Position numbers and translations under genes: made by a program
Assembly: GCA_021613535.1 (NCBI GenBank)
Contig: CP075492.1
Coordinates: 8,866,001-8,930,000 of the forward strand
Direction of reading: 5' to 3'
DNA from: Adineta vaga
Lineage: Eukaryota; Animalia; Rotifera
DNA: 64,000 nt
The notes under the pieces: model-generated
Databases searched by the model: none
Told to the model about the DNA's origin: nothing
What the model saw: the letters and a program-made list of their open reading frames with translations, nothing else
Part shown: positions 27,983-41,163 of the stretch, one piece after another
How the letters are laid out: each line of letters opens with the position of its first letter
Position numbering within the stretch: position 1 is the stretch's first letter

Positions 27983-28363
27983 CTGAAAAGCAAGTAAATC
28001 GTTACGAAAACGACTTTTATCTCTTCTACACAAGAAGATGAACGACAAATATGTGTATTATGTGAATTTATTTGGTATTTAAAGAAAGAAAGCTATTCGT
28101 AGAATGATGAATCATTATGCAGTGGATTCATTCATTTATGAAAAGAAAGAAAGAAACAATAGGTAATATACTGTTGAAGAGGTCACCATACGATGACATT
28201 ATATTATTACAAAATCTTTTTTTGTGAATAATTTGTTATCTGTTCAAATAAAACAGTTGTATATCTTATCAAAAACTAGACAATTGAATAATAATTAACA
28301 ACCATCAATATAACCTTATTGTCTGAATAAATGTCTCTTTATATGTATATATAACAATATTTA

Positions 28364-28948
28364 TTAGGTGAATATCGTTAGTTTTAAGTACAAAAGAAAA
28401 TTAAAAATGAATAGAATCAAAAAATGTCTATTCATTTTTATTGCATGATTACACATATCTTGATCAGAACAGAAGCAGACTTCTTTCATTTTTCGATCGT
28501 CTCTTCTGCACTTGTCGACATCCATCGGATGTATTAACACCCATTTCAGCTGCTCGTAAAAGTTCAGTAGCCGAAAAACATCGTCGACTTGATCTAAGTT
28601 TGAATAGATCAGCATCTCGACGTAACAATGCATTGAGAGTATTGTTTTCAAATGTTCTTGTTTCAATTAAATCAACTAATTTCCAACATTTCCCATCACA
28701 AGCTTCTCGTGTATGTTGTGTAAAATCAAATCGAGCTCGGCAATCTTCGAAGAAAAAAAGCGAACACATAGTCATGAATTCATATAAGAAACGACATCGA
28801 TACATATACCATCTAAAAACAATCCAGCTTTTTCTGATGCTTGAACAGTCACTTCACATCGCCAACATTGTAGTGGAATTTCATGAGAAACAATTCCATG
28901 AAGAATCACGAAAAGATATAACCATATCGACATCCATCGATTTGCCAT
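28364..28948 (-). CDS. Ly6/three-finger (quiver-like) GPI-anchored protein; one-base frameshift near 28490
   Basis: Signal peptide MANRWMSIWLYLFVILHGIVS; LQCWRC, CDGKCWK, RRC, then EVCFCSDQDMCN and a hydrophobic tail in a shifted frame caused by an extra A in an A-run. Confidence 0.75.
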
Positions 28949-29419
28949 TTTGTTTGAATGAATAACTGATCGAACTGATTAGATATACAAAAATTTATTT
29001 GCTCATTCGTCTCTTTACTGTTACTTGTTGACAAAGCCATGTAATGATCTACTTTATATTTAATCTTTTTTTTTCAACCGCAATTCAAATTGATTGTATT
29101 ATTCTTTTGAAAATGAAATATTTGTAATAGAATAACATATGTAATCATCTCTTTTTTTTGTCTCTTTAGTAGTCTTTGTCAATAATTTCAGATGTTCATT
29201 ATGAACTAAACAACCATTCTTTACTTTGATGAAGGTAACTTACATAGGAAAAGATGATTTTGTTGAAAAAAAAGGTTCAGATACCAATGATAAAATATCA
29301 AGTTTTATGATTATTGATTAATTGTATTTTCCTATTATATGTAAAGTTGAACAGATATAACTATTTATCAGTTTCGATAAATCACACATAAAAAAGAATT
29401 GTTTGTTTCAATACAATGT

Positions 29420-30257
29420 TTAAAATTCTCTTATTCTGATTAAAAAAAGATTTATTTTGACCTTTATAAGGACTGTTCGATCGATTCCAGTCCATCCAAT
29501 TAACAAGAAATGATGATCTGGAGAAGTTCTCGCGAAGATTTCAAGTATTTTTTCATAATATAAAAATGCTTTCGAATACTCTTTCATCTTGTCATATAAT
29601 TCATCTATGTTGTGATAAAGAACATTCAAATGAGGATAAAAATTACCTATTCGGATTAATAAGTTATCCAGTTGTTTCCATCTTGAATCATCTGCAGTCT
29701 CTTTTCTTGCTGATAGATAGAAAGTTGTTGAAGAACATTAGACTACCTTTAATATTTACTAGTTTCTGAAAATCCATCTTCAACGGATCTTGTCCACGAT
29801 AAACTTGAAAAAGTTGTCTACTATAACTATCTGTCTGTTGTTGATATAATTGAGCGATCTGTCGATGAAGATCTTGAATAAAACATCGCATTTTAATAAT
29901 TGTATCAGATTCTAACGTTCGAAATGTTCGACTCAGCATGTGATAGATAAAAAATTCACGTGTATATCACCTAAGTGCTTGTTCTGATCGATATTCACAT
30001 TCAAATTCATTAATAGCATCTAATTTACCTCTATTACCAGTATAGAATTTACGGCTATAAACCACTAAATCTTCGATAGCTTTTTCATCATGTGCTGTTT
30101 CCAAGAGTATGTCTTTGAATATTAGAGTGTACATAAATGTTGGATCCGATTCATTTAAATTTTTATCATCAGAACTTAAAGTTAGTTCAATAAAACTCAT
30201 CGAAATCGAATGTTGATTGCATTGTTTGATATCGGTATAAACACCCTTTATTTTCAT
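29420..30257 (-). pseudogene. Degraded ADP-ribosyltransferase + TPR family gene
   Basis: LNESDPTFMYTLIFKDILL..INEFECEYRSEQALR*YTRE (stop where W is expected), FIQDLHRQI..VYRGQ..FNNFLSIS, then a jump to a lone TPR fragment LYDKMKEYSKAFLYYEKILEI. Confidence 0.8.
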
Positions 30258-31336
30258 ACACGATTCAAATATATATTTGTTAAAAGAATATATTGTGTCA
30301 ATATCACACCAAAAAAGTTAGACAAAGACTGTTCAGTGTTTTTCAGTGTTCAGCAGTTGCCTTTTTCTTTTCAATTACATTCTGTTGATCCGATTTAAAT
30401 GTATTATATAAAATTTCGTCAAGACACTAAAGCATCTACTGAAATGAATCATAAACAATTAAGTCTAATGTATTTTTTGATCGAAATTCTACTAAAATAT
30501 AAAGATAAACAATACTTTGACTCATTCTAATACTATTCACGTCAGAGAATTCTATTAGTAGTACACGAAAATCTATAGTCTCTTATTGGTAGATTTCGTT
30601 TATGATACAAATGAGTCATCGTAAAATTTTATTGATATCATACTCATATATATTTTTAACAGCAACAAATTCACCTACATACTGACGTCATTTGTAGAAC
30701 TTTATAGATATGGTTGTTATCACTACTTCCATGTTCTATATTCAAACATTATAGACAACCTTCTGTATCACCATACTCCAGTATACAGATAATACAACTA
30801 AAAAGAATAATCTCATTCAGTTATACAAAAATTTGTCTATCCTGAAATCAGATTTTATATTTCACGATCTTTGGACAAACAGAATATGTACATTGGTTGA
30901 GAATAAATATAACATTGTTATTACCAGAAGACTGTTGCACCTGTATTATGTATTATTGCATATCGTATTTTTTTATTTGTCGAAACACACATAATAATCC
31001 TTTATAAAACATGGAAGAAATGGATAATATATACGTCCGATAAAGAATATCAACGATAAAGAAGTTTCTTCCTGAAATATAAAACTTTTATTGCAAATAT
31101 CTTAGTAATCCAGACGAGAGTAAATGCATGATTTTTTCTCACGAACTTTACTTCTCAATCTGAAAAAAATATAAAGGTTACTAATATTCTCTTCTGTTTT
31201 ACCAGCAAACCTACTCAATGTCGTCATCAATATGTTGACTATATAAATCAATATATCTGTTGTCAATATTCATTTCAAGAAGAATATACAGATCGTGAAG
31301 AAATACAGTTAAAGAATAAAATACGTTTTGATAATC

Positions 31337-31717
31337 ATGGCAGTATCAGCTAATGTACGTGTGTTGATCATATTGGGAATCATTGGTCTATTTGGAATTA
31401 TTACTTTTGCCCTTGCTGCAGCTACTCTTGGAACTTTGAACAGACGTGATAATGATTTCAAAAATCAATTAAATGAGCTTTCGAATAAAATAGATGAACT
31501 CATTAAAAACAAAACAATAACAACAACAACAACAACACTAACACCAACTACACATAATACAACGTTACCTATAGATCCAACTATCGCAACAGTAACTGTA
31601 AATCCATATGACACAACGGTATCTTTAAACCCAACTATCGCAACAGTAACTGTAAATCCATATGACACAACGGTATCTGAAGGTCCATCTACCGTAACAG
31701 GAAGTGCAAATCCATAA
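31337..31717 (+). CDS. Anchor-only paralog A of the M28 array (TM + coiled coil + Thr-rich stalk), 126 aa
   Basis: MAVSANVRVLIILGIIGLFGIITFALAAATLGTLN is near-identical to the N-terminus of the M28 gene at 33956; no peptidase domain follows. Confidence 0.75.
   Translation: MAVSANVRVLIILGIIGLFGIITFALAAATLGTLNRRDNDFKNQLNELSNKIDELIKNKTITTTTTTLTPTTHNTTLPIDPTIATVTVNPYDTTVSLNPTIATVTVNPYDTTVSEGPSTVTGSANP
31577..31717 (+). repeat. 54-bp-period coding tandem repeat (two copies with 48 identical bp plus a degenerate third)
   Basis: ccaactatcgcaacagtaactgtaaatccatatgacacaacggtatct at 31577 and 31631; third copy begins at 31685. Confidence 0.9.
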
Positions 31718-33005
31718 CTACGAATACAAGTCCTGTTGTCAGCCTAAAATAACTTCACACAATATCAACCAATTTGATCAAATGAATCAATATTATCTTC
31801 AATATTGATGAGTCATTATTATAATGTACAAATACTAAATACGTATGATAAGTTCTTCTTTGTTTTTAACAAGTTTTTTATTTTATGTTCTTTCCCATTC
31901 AAAAATAAAATTAATTACACCTACAAAATTTTGTATTTATTGAAAAGTTAACTTCTTATCCAAACCAATGATTTTAATGAAATGTTGTACTGAAGTAGTA
32001 ACAGTGTCACTTACAATATTGTCCGTTAGAAATGAAACCTAAATGTCCAAGAATGATTTTAATGCCAAGTACTCTTCTATGAGTATTACTCGTATAATTT
32101 CTTTCTATTTATTTAGTAATATACATCAAGTTCCTGTGATTTGCTCGTGGATAACTTGACTGATATTCAGATATATTCATATGTTTCAAAAGTAGTTTAT
32201 CTTCGTAATTTATTCTTCAATGTGAAGTTTTTTTTCTTCAGAAGATCATCGAATGCATAAAATTGTTTGTCTATGTATAGAGTTTATCTCTTTCACTGTT
32301 TAGTTTGATAAAGATTCTTTTAAGACTAAAAATACGAAATCATCGTTCGAAATAGCAATCTGTTAGAAATCAGTTGATAAATGCTGGCTATCTTCAATGT
32401 AATTTGAAGGACTCGCATGATATGGATCTCATTCCTTTCCTACGATTTAATATTTCAACAAGGAACATAACCTTCCTTCTCTAAGACTTGAGTATACATA
32501 CAGAACTACTTCATAAATCTTGTCTTTATTTGATCATATTTTGATGTAAATCTTTTCTGCAATGCATGTCATATATTCAAAAAAAATCAATGACTCCTTA
32601 TCTCTAGCTGAAAACCGAGATGAACACTAAAAATATCATGATATTATACATGAAGATGATTAATATATATATATATATATACGTCAGATAAGAATACGTC
32701 AAAGATGAAGTATTGTTCTCTTGAAATATAAATCTATTATTGCCATCGATTAGTCATCCTATTGCACTGGTATGCATGACTTTTCTTATGTAAATTCATT
32801 TTTACAATCTTAAAGAAAATAAAAGGTAGTGATATTTATCATTTCGTTTTACTAAAAACATATTCAATATTATCATCGACCTGTTGTCTTATAGACCAAT
32901 CGAATCAGTATTGATTTACAGTTTAAGAAGAATACTAGGTAGAAAGAAGTTTTATTCTCCCAAGACAATTTGAAACGTTTTGCTGTTAAAGACATTTTAT
33001 TAGAC

Positions 33006-33230
33006 ATGGAAGGATCAGCTAATATGCGTGTTCTTATTGGATTAGGAGTTATTACTCTGTTTGGAATCATTACATTTGCACTTGCTGCTGCTACTCTTGG
33101 AACTCTGAATCAACGATATAATCATCTCAATGAACAACTAAATCATCTCAAGGAACAAGTAGCTGATATCCCGAATAAGTTGTTTACAACGACGGAAATG
33201 ACTGTGTTTGATAATGAAACTGTTAGTTAA
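33006..33230 (+). CDS. Anchor-only paralog B of the M28 array, 74 aa
   Basis: MEGSANMRVLIGLGVITLFGIITFALAAATLGTLNQRYNHLNEQLNHLKEQV.. with its own stop and a downstream AATAAA. Confidence 0.75.
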   Translation: MEGSANMRVLIGLGVITLFGIITFALAAATLGTLNQRYNHLNEQLNHLKEQVADIPNKLFTTTEMTVFDNETVS

Positions 33231-33955
33231 CGTACTGATTTATCGAGAGACTATTATGAAGGAATGTATCAGTGTTTTCTCACTTGAACATAGATGAAAG
33301 AACAATTATACTTCCATACTATGCAAAGTAGATCGTTTTGAATGAAATATTCTTTTCAAATTTAAATAAAACACAACATATTCAAACAGTTTTTCTTCCG
33401 TAATGGTATAATTAAATTTCTCAACATTGACGTATTAGTTCAAGTCTAATTAGATTATAAATAAATACGACTTTAAAATTTCTGTAATAATGATTGCATA
33501 TGATAGGTTAATTGTATTCCAGTGAGAATAGTACATATGTTTCATTTTCACATTTTTAAAGACAAATAAATATCTTGAATGACAATTGAAAATGATAGTC
33601 TAAGATAAGAAAAGATTGTATTAGCAGCTAGTCGAAGACATTTTCTATTGTGTGAGATTTGGATTTCTAATTCATAAATATGTCATATAGCTCATAAATA
33701 ATGTATTCAAAAATTTTCTTTATCATGTAAAACATAATTTACACAGAATGGATACTTGACAGTTTCCAGGCAAATAATGATTTTGTCTTCGTAATTAAAT
33801 TTAATCGTTTAGATAATGACAAGACACAAATAATAAGTTTGTTCGTAAATGGTAGATAAGTAAGCCTACTCATTTTCGTTCTATAAATTCGTATACATTA
33901 ATGTATTTGCAATATTTCTTGAAGAGACAAGTTTTGTTTTTGAAAATTAGTCGCT

Positions 33956-35692
33956 ATGTTGAATGAAGGATCGATAAATGTGCGTTTACTGGTTATATTA
34001 GGAATAATCGGTTTGTTTGGAATAGTTACTATTGCTCTAACTGCTGCTACTCTTGGTACCGTTAATAAGCGACTAGATACTATTGATAATAAACTATCAG
34101 TATTAGAGAGAATCCAACAGTCATGACAACTATGTCTACAACTACATCAACGTCAACAACTACAACAGCAACAACAAATATCGTGGGACCCAGTCAGAAT
34201 CAATCACTTGCGACATCGATTAACGTTACTGACGTTTTAAAACATCTTCAAGAGCTACAAATTATTGCGGATAAGTCAAATAATACTCGAGCTATAAATA
34301 CAATTGGTTTTAATCGAACACTTCAGTATATTAAGGATACTCTTCGCAATGAAACCAACTTAAATATAACCGAAGACAGTTTTAAAGTAAGAGACTTTGC
34401 TCTCAATACTAATCCTATCCTAATATCGTCTCGATCGATGGCACTATCGAAAACTACACCTACTCATCGGATGCTAAAAAATCTGATTTTTTACATGTTA
34501 AATATTCGAATAATTCGTCTGTTTCGACAATTCATGAATTAAATATTATTCCCAATGGTGGATGTAAAGATACAGACTGGGAAAATTCTAAACCTGATCG
34601 AGTAGCTCTTATCAAAAGAGGAGGTGATTGTGCATTTCGTGATCGCGCTTCTCAGGCTGCGAAATATAATGCAACTGGAATCCTCTTCTATAATAATGGT
34701 GCATCATCGGACAACATGTTACCCATAGAAATTACTCTTGCTCAAGAGAATGTTCTACCTGCGTTGTTTCTTTCATATAGAACCGGTCAAGATCTCGCTG
34801 ATACAATTCAAAACTCATCGTCAAATGTAACTGTTCAATTAGGTATTGATCTGAAACTGCTCCCAGATTTCCCTGTTGGAAATATTTGTGCTGATACACC
34901 GACAGGTGATCCAACTCAAACGATTGTCGTTGGAAGTCATAGCGATAGTGTACCAGCCGGTCCAGGCATCAATGATAATGGTACACTCTCAAGATTACAT
35001 GTCTTTCAGATTCATTCTCTGTTGTAGGTAGTGGTAGTGCTGCCAATCTCGGTCTTGCTATTGCACTTGCTCGACTCTTTCAAACATCAACATATGCAAA
35101 ATATTCATATCGTGTTCGATTTTGTTGGTGGGGTGCCGAAGAAGTTGGTCTTCTTGGTTCTGACTTTCATGTCAAAACAGCTAAAAATTCTACAGATGAA
35201 GGTGAACGTCTTCAAGATTATCTTGTCAACTTAAACTATGATATGCTTGGCTCACCTAATTATATCTTTGGTATTTATGATGGGCAAACAGCAAAAAACG
35301 GTACTCCAGAAAAAGCGCTTAATGGAAGCAGAAAGATTACTGCTCTATATCGTGATTGGTTTCAAGGACAGAAACTTCCGTGGAGCAATACTGACTTTAG
35401 CGGTCGAAGTGATTATGGACCATTTTTAGCTGAAGGTATTGTTGCTGGTGGATTATTTTCTGGTGGAGATGGGGTTAAAACACAAGTACAACGTGATTAC
35501 TATGATCAATTACTCGGTCAAGGTATGGGAGGAATCGCTGGAGCTACTTATGACCCATGCTATCATAAAGCATGTGATTCAATTCAAAATATCAATCCAT
35601 TTGCTTTAAATAAAATGATACAAGCAGCTGCTTATATTTTGGAAACGCTCGGTCGGGAACATAATTTGAAAGAATGGCTTTATCCTCAATAA
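33956..35692 (+). CDS. PA-domain M28A aminopeptidase copy 1 (two 2-bp frameshifts near 34108 and 34430: pseudogene or assembly error)
   Basis: TM anchor, Thr stalk, PA domain (ALIKRGG.C.F), GSHSDSVPAGPGINDNG|SGS, WWGAEE, NYDMLGSPNY, GRSDYGPF, DPCYHKACD; intron 34981-35027. Confidence 0.85.
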
Positions 35693-36233
35693 GTAACATT
35701 TCATTTTTGTACTAAAGATTACGAATACAGAAGGATATGATGAACAAATTGTTGTGTCTTTGTTTTGTGCATTAAATAAAATCATCCTTTATAGATATGT
35801 CTGAAGAATAAATCAAGAAAAAAAACTGCATCATAAACCAAATATGTGAATTAAACGTCGATAAAATGTTCTCTCTTCGAATGATAAGATTTAAGAATTA
35901 CTGTAAAAGCTGATGTTATTTTGAAGATTACTCAGTACATATCAAACACACTTCAAAGTTGAATCACTCAGTTATCAATAAAACTTGAAAACTACTGATT
36001 TGCAATTGTTTTATTACATGGTTTTTGTCAGTAACAATGAAACAAATATCTCGTAAAAAAAGTCTTTGTCATATTATTATATGGCTCATAATGACAAAGC
36101 ACAAGGCTTATCTTGATTAACAATCTTCTGATTTTTCTAATCGACCTCTTTAAATAATACAATATAAAACAATTGTTGCTTATCATTATTCGTTTTTTGT
36201 CCTTGATACAATCAAACGAATAAAAAAAGAATT

Positions 36234-38107
36234 ATGTCTTCGTCTTACCAATATCGCAACGAAAGTGATGGTGCTAGTGGCACACTGAGTAGAGGTACGA
36301 AACTCGCTGCCATTGCCATTGGACTGGTGATAATACTAACAATCGTTATCTTTGGCCTTTCCATAGCCATCTTAGTCAAAGTAAATGGTAGTCAATCAAA
36401 AACAACAACAACAGTGGGAACAGCAGTAACAACAACAACAACAACAGTGGGAACAGCAGTAACAACAACAACAACAGTGGGAACAACAGTAACAACAACT
36501 GCATCAAACTTCTTGAATTCGGTATTAGCTGAGTCTATTCGTATTAAAGATGTCATGGGTCATCTCGACGGATTACAACGTATTGCAACCAATGCTAATG
36601 GTAATCGAGCTGTTAGTACACTTGGTTTTAATCAGACACTTGATTATATTACTAATAGTCTTTCCATGCATACAGACTATAATGTAACGAAAAGCTTCTT
36701 TAATATCCGACAATTTGCTTTAGCGAGTAATCCAATTTTCATGTCGTCTATTAATGGTGTGACTAAAAATTATACATATTCAGATGATCTTTCTGCTGCT
36801 GATTTTTATCATATTCAATTTTCTACCGCTGCTGATTTCTCCACTTTTGAGTCCATTTCTGTTATTCCTGGTGTTGGATGTTTCGATAGTGACTGGACTA
36901 GTGTAAATCCTTCTCCAGCTGGAAAAGTAGCTTTAGTTAAACGAGGTGTTTGTCCATTTTCTGATAAAGGTGCACTTGCTGTTAAATATAATGTCAAAGC
37001 ACTTCTACTTTACAACGATGGTGACGGACCAGATCGATTATCACCCATTGCTATTGGTCTTGGCCAATCGAACAATTTGCCTGCACTATTTCTTTCATTT
37101 CCTGTAGGCCAGGCGCTTGTTGATGCGGCTCAAAATGCATCAACAAATACCGGTGTTAAACTTACTATTAATGTACAAAATCTACCTTTATCACCCGTAG
37201 GAAATATTTGTGCTGATACACCGACAGGTGATCCAACTCAAACAATTGTTATTGGAAGTCATAGTGACAGTGTACCAGCTGGTCCAGGCATCAATGATAA
37301 TGGTACATTTTCAAGATTACATATCTTTTACATTCATTCTCTATTGTAGGTAGTGGTAGTGCTGCCAATCTCGGTCTTGCTATTGCACTTGCTCGACTCT
37401 TCCAAACATCAACATATGCAAAATACAAATATCGTGTTCGATTTTGTTGGTGGGGTGCCGAGGAGATTGGTTTACTTGGTTCTGACTTTCATGTCAAACA
37501 AGCAAAGCTCGCGACAGCTGTTGGTGAACGTCTTCAAGATTATCTTATCAACTTAAACTATGATATGCTCGGTTCACCTAATTATATCTTTGGTATTTAT
37601 GATGGGCAAACAGCAAACAATGCTACACCACCACTAGCTCTTCCAGGTAGTAATAAAATGAGTGCTCTATATCGTGATTGGTTTCAAGGACAGAAACTAC
37701 CGTGGACCAATACTGATTTCAGTGGTCGAAGTGATTATGGACCATTTTTAGCTGAAGGTATCGTTGCTGGTGGATTGTTTTCTGGTGGAGATGACACGAA
37801 AACACAGGCAGAACGAGATTACTATGATCAATTACTTGGTCAAGGATTAGGTGGAATTGTCGGAGCTATTCATGATCCATGTTATCATCAAGCTTGTGAT
37901 TCAATTCAAAATATCAATGTTTTTGCTTATGAAAAGATGGTACAGGCAGCTGCTTATGTTTTAGAATATTTAGCACGACAAAATGATTTAATTACATGGC
38001 TTTATCCAGCGGTAGACCTACACGAACACATGATCAATCGTCACGACAAAAATATGACTCTATTAATGAATATTTTGGCATGCCATATCTATGAAAGCTT
38101 TTACTAA
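36234..38107 (+). CDS. PA-domain M28A aminopeptidase copy 2 (1-bp deletion near 38007 alters only the tail)
   Basis: Same Zn-ligand motifs (HSD, DNGSG, AEE, DM, YH); intron 37303-37349; relative to copy 4 the ancestral stop would be at 38094. Confidence 0.92.
36402..36500 (+). repeat. Coding minisatellite (TTTTVGTAV)x~3 in the stalk of M28 copy 2
   Basis: Repeated acaacaacaacagtgggaacagcagta units. Confidence 0.85.
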
Positions 38108-38556
38108 ACTCCTTTTTGTGTTCTGTTCTTTTCTTTACTAACAATAAATAATTAAAATACAATTCTAATAAATTTTTGTTAATTAAAACACAGCGTTCTA
38201 CTTATTATACATCTATGCAAAAAAAGAAAGTAAAAAATTCATGATGGCAGAATAGAAAGTTTTCGGAAGGTTAACTATATAGTGTAATAAATCTACGATA
38301 GTTTTCTATTTTTTATTATGACATATATTATTTTCTTTTTTTTCATGATAAATATGAAATTAAACCAATAAATTTTAGTTGACATATGATTCTATTAACG
38401 AGCATATTTTTATTGTTATGATCTTGTACGAGGTCATTAACGTCAGATAACATCATTGTTATAAGTCATTTTTTTTCTTTCTAAATTTCTGATATAAATA
38501 TCGAGTATTCACATCTCTTTTCTTTCTTTAACAATTTTATTTTCTTAAAATCTATC

Positions 38557-38773
38557 ATGGACAATAGTGTCAATGAATATAAAACTTTGAAATGTATGAA
38601 AATTTTAGTACCAGTTGTTGGAATTGGTATTATTTTAACGATAGTAACATTTGGAATAGCTATCGCAACTTTAGTCAAGGTCAATCAAGGATTCGATAAG
38701 ATTGAAACTAATAGTGTTCAAACAACGCCCAGCACGACTGCAAGAACAACAAATCCAATTACTACAACTACAC

Positions 38774-38806
<33 letters not shown>

Positions 38807-40403
38807 ATCGACCATTTTTCGATGCGATCTTGCCAAAACAAATTCATATTCAACAAGTTATGGATCATCTGAATGAATTACAACGAATTGCTACAGGTGC
38901 AAATGGAAATCGTGCTATTCATACAACGGGTTTTAATCAAACACTGGACTATATCACTGATGTCCTAAATACAAAAACAAATTTTATAGTCAAAACAAGT
39001 TTTTTTCCTGTAAGAAAGTTTGATCTTTCGAAAGATCCTGTCTTTAGTTCATTGATTAATGACACCATTACCAACTATACATATTCAAAAAATCTCTCTA
39101 TCAGTGATTTTTCCGTTGCTCGTTATTCGACATCTGTAGATTTTCCTGATTATATCGAACTGGTAGTTATACCAAATGAAGGCTGTTCCGATATCGACTG
39201 GAATAACACTAATCTGACCGTAGTTGGCAGAGTGGCTTTAGTTAAACGAGGTACTTGCACATTTATTGAAAAAGCTAAGTTGGCAATGCAATATAATGCT
39301 TCCGCTATTTTAATATACAATCGTGGAAGTTCAGACAGTGACATACAACCAATAACTATTGACTTAGGTCAAGAAAATAAAATTCCAGCATTGTTTCTCT
39401 CTCACAATATTGGCCAACAACTGATTGAAGCCATTGCAAATCCAGCAAATAATGTTACAATATATCTTAATATTGCTGTTCTCAACGATTTACCAAGTCC
39501 TGTAGGTAATATATGTGCAGATACGCCTACAGGCGATCCAAAGCAAACAATCGTCATCGGAAGTCATAGTGATAGTGTACCGGAAGGTCCTGGTATCAAT
39601 GACAATGGTAAGAGAGATCTACTTCTCAATATTCCGTTAGTGCATATTCAATTTTAGGTAGTGGAAGTGCTGCAAACCTCGGTCTTGCTATTGCACTTGC
39701 TCGACTTTTCAACACATCATCATATACAAAATATCCATATCGTGTTCGATTTTGTTGGTGGGGTGCTGAAGAAGTTGGTCTTCTTGGGTCTCGTGATCAT
39801 GTCAGGAAGGCTAAAAATGCTACTGATGAAGGTGAACGTCTTCAAGATTATTTAATTAATCTAAACTATGATATGCTTGGTTCACCTAATTTTATGTTCG
39901 GCATCTATAATGATGAAACTGCAAAAAATGATACACCATCAGAGGCACTTCTAGGTAGTAAAAAAATCAGTAATCTTTTTCGTGATTGGTTCAATGAACA
40001 GAAACTACCATGGACTAATACTGATTTTGATGGTCGAAGTGATTATGGACCATTTTTAGCTGAAGGTATCGTTGCTGGCGGTCTAGCTACTGGTGCTGAA
40101 AAGAAGAAAACAGTCGAAGAACGTGATCGTTATGAACAATTACTTGGTCAAGGATTAGGTGGATTAGCTGATGTTGCTTATGATTCATGTTATCATCAAG
40201 CTTGTGATTCAATTCAGAATATTAATGTATTTGCTTATGCAAACATGGTGCAAGGAGCTGCTTATGCTTTAGAATATTTAGCGCGACAAGATAATTTAAC
40301 TACATGGCTTTATCCAAATGGTCGAACAATACGTTCAATTAGTCAAACGTTACAGCAAGAATATGTTTCTTATAATGAATATTTTCGCTTGCCTTATTAT
40401 TAA
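38557..40403 (+). CDS. PA-domain M28A aminopeptidase copy 3 (intact)
   Basis: Full ORF with intron 39608-39657 and all Zn-ligand motifs. Confidence 0.93.
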
Positions 40404-40958
40404 TAACTGTTTAGTTTGATTAATATTTTTCTTTTCTCAAATAATACTACAATTCTTGATATCTATTCGATAAAGAACATCTGAAGAATAAAATATTATA
40501 TATTTGTTTTAAAACAGATACTACTAGGAATATTTAATAACAATGAACAATATATATTAATCTGTGTATCAATAAAAAAGAAAGAAGAGTAGAAAAACGA
40601 AGGATAAATGTTTTTCTTGATAACAACTACTAACTTAGTTACTGTTGTTTTGATTCAATCATGATGACTACACAATTTCAAAACACTTCATAAAATTTTT
40701 TTAAACTAATAAAACTCTTATACTCATTCTTCTGTGCAAAGATCATAATTATTTTATAACAATCATTTCAGGGCAATAGAATCTGATTATATCTGTTGAC
40801 GAATACTTTACTGAAGAGATGTTGTCATAATACAATGTATCATGAGAGAAAATGAAGATAAAAATTTATACTTGTCCTTCTTCTATGTATAAATACCTGG
40901 TTTGTAATCGATTATTTTTTTTATTAAAATCAGTATTATTCGAAAATATTCAATAGTG

Positions 40959-41131
40959 ATGAACGGAAACCAAGTCACGCCTGGGAATAGCCATGAAAAA
41001 GTTACATATGCAGTAGATAAACGTAGTAAACTGTTTCTACCAGCAATTTCGATTGGAATTATTTTGGCTCTTGCTACACTTGGTGTTGCAGCAGCGACAT
41101 TAGCTATCGTCACTAGTCGATTGAAAGATTC

Positions 41132-41163
<32 letters not shown>

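Noticed and set aside
28441-28965. 174-aa plus-strand ORF
   Set aside because: Antisense shadow of the Ly6-like gene
31577-31717. CRISPR-like direct repeats
   Set aside because: In-frame coding repeats with 6-bp gaps in a eukaryotic gene, and no cas genes
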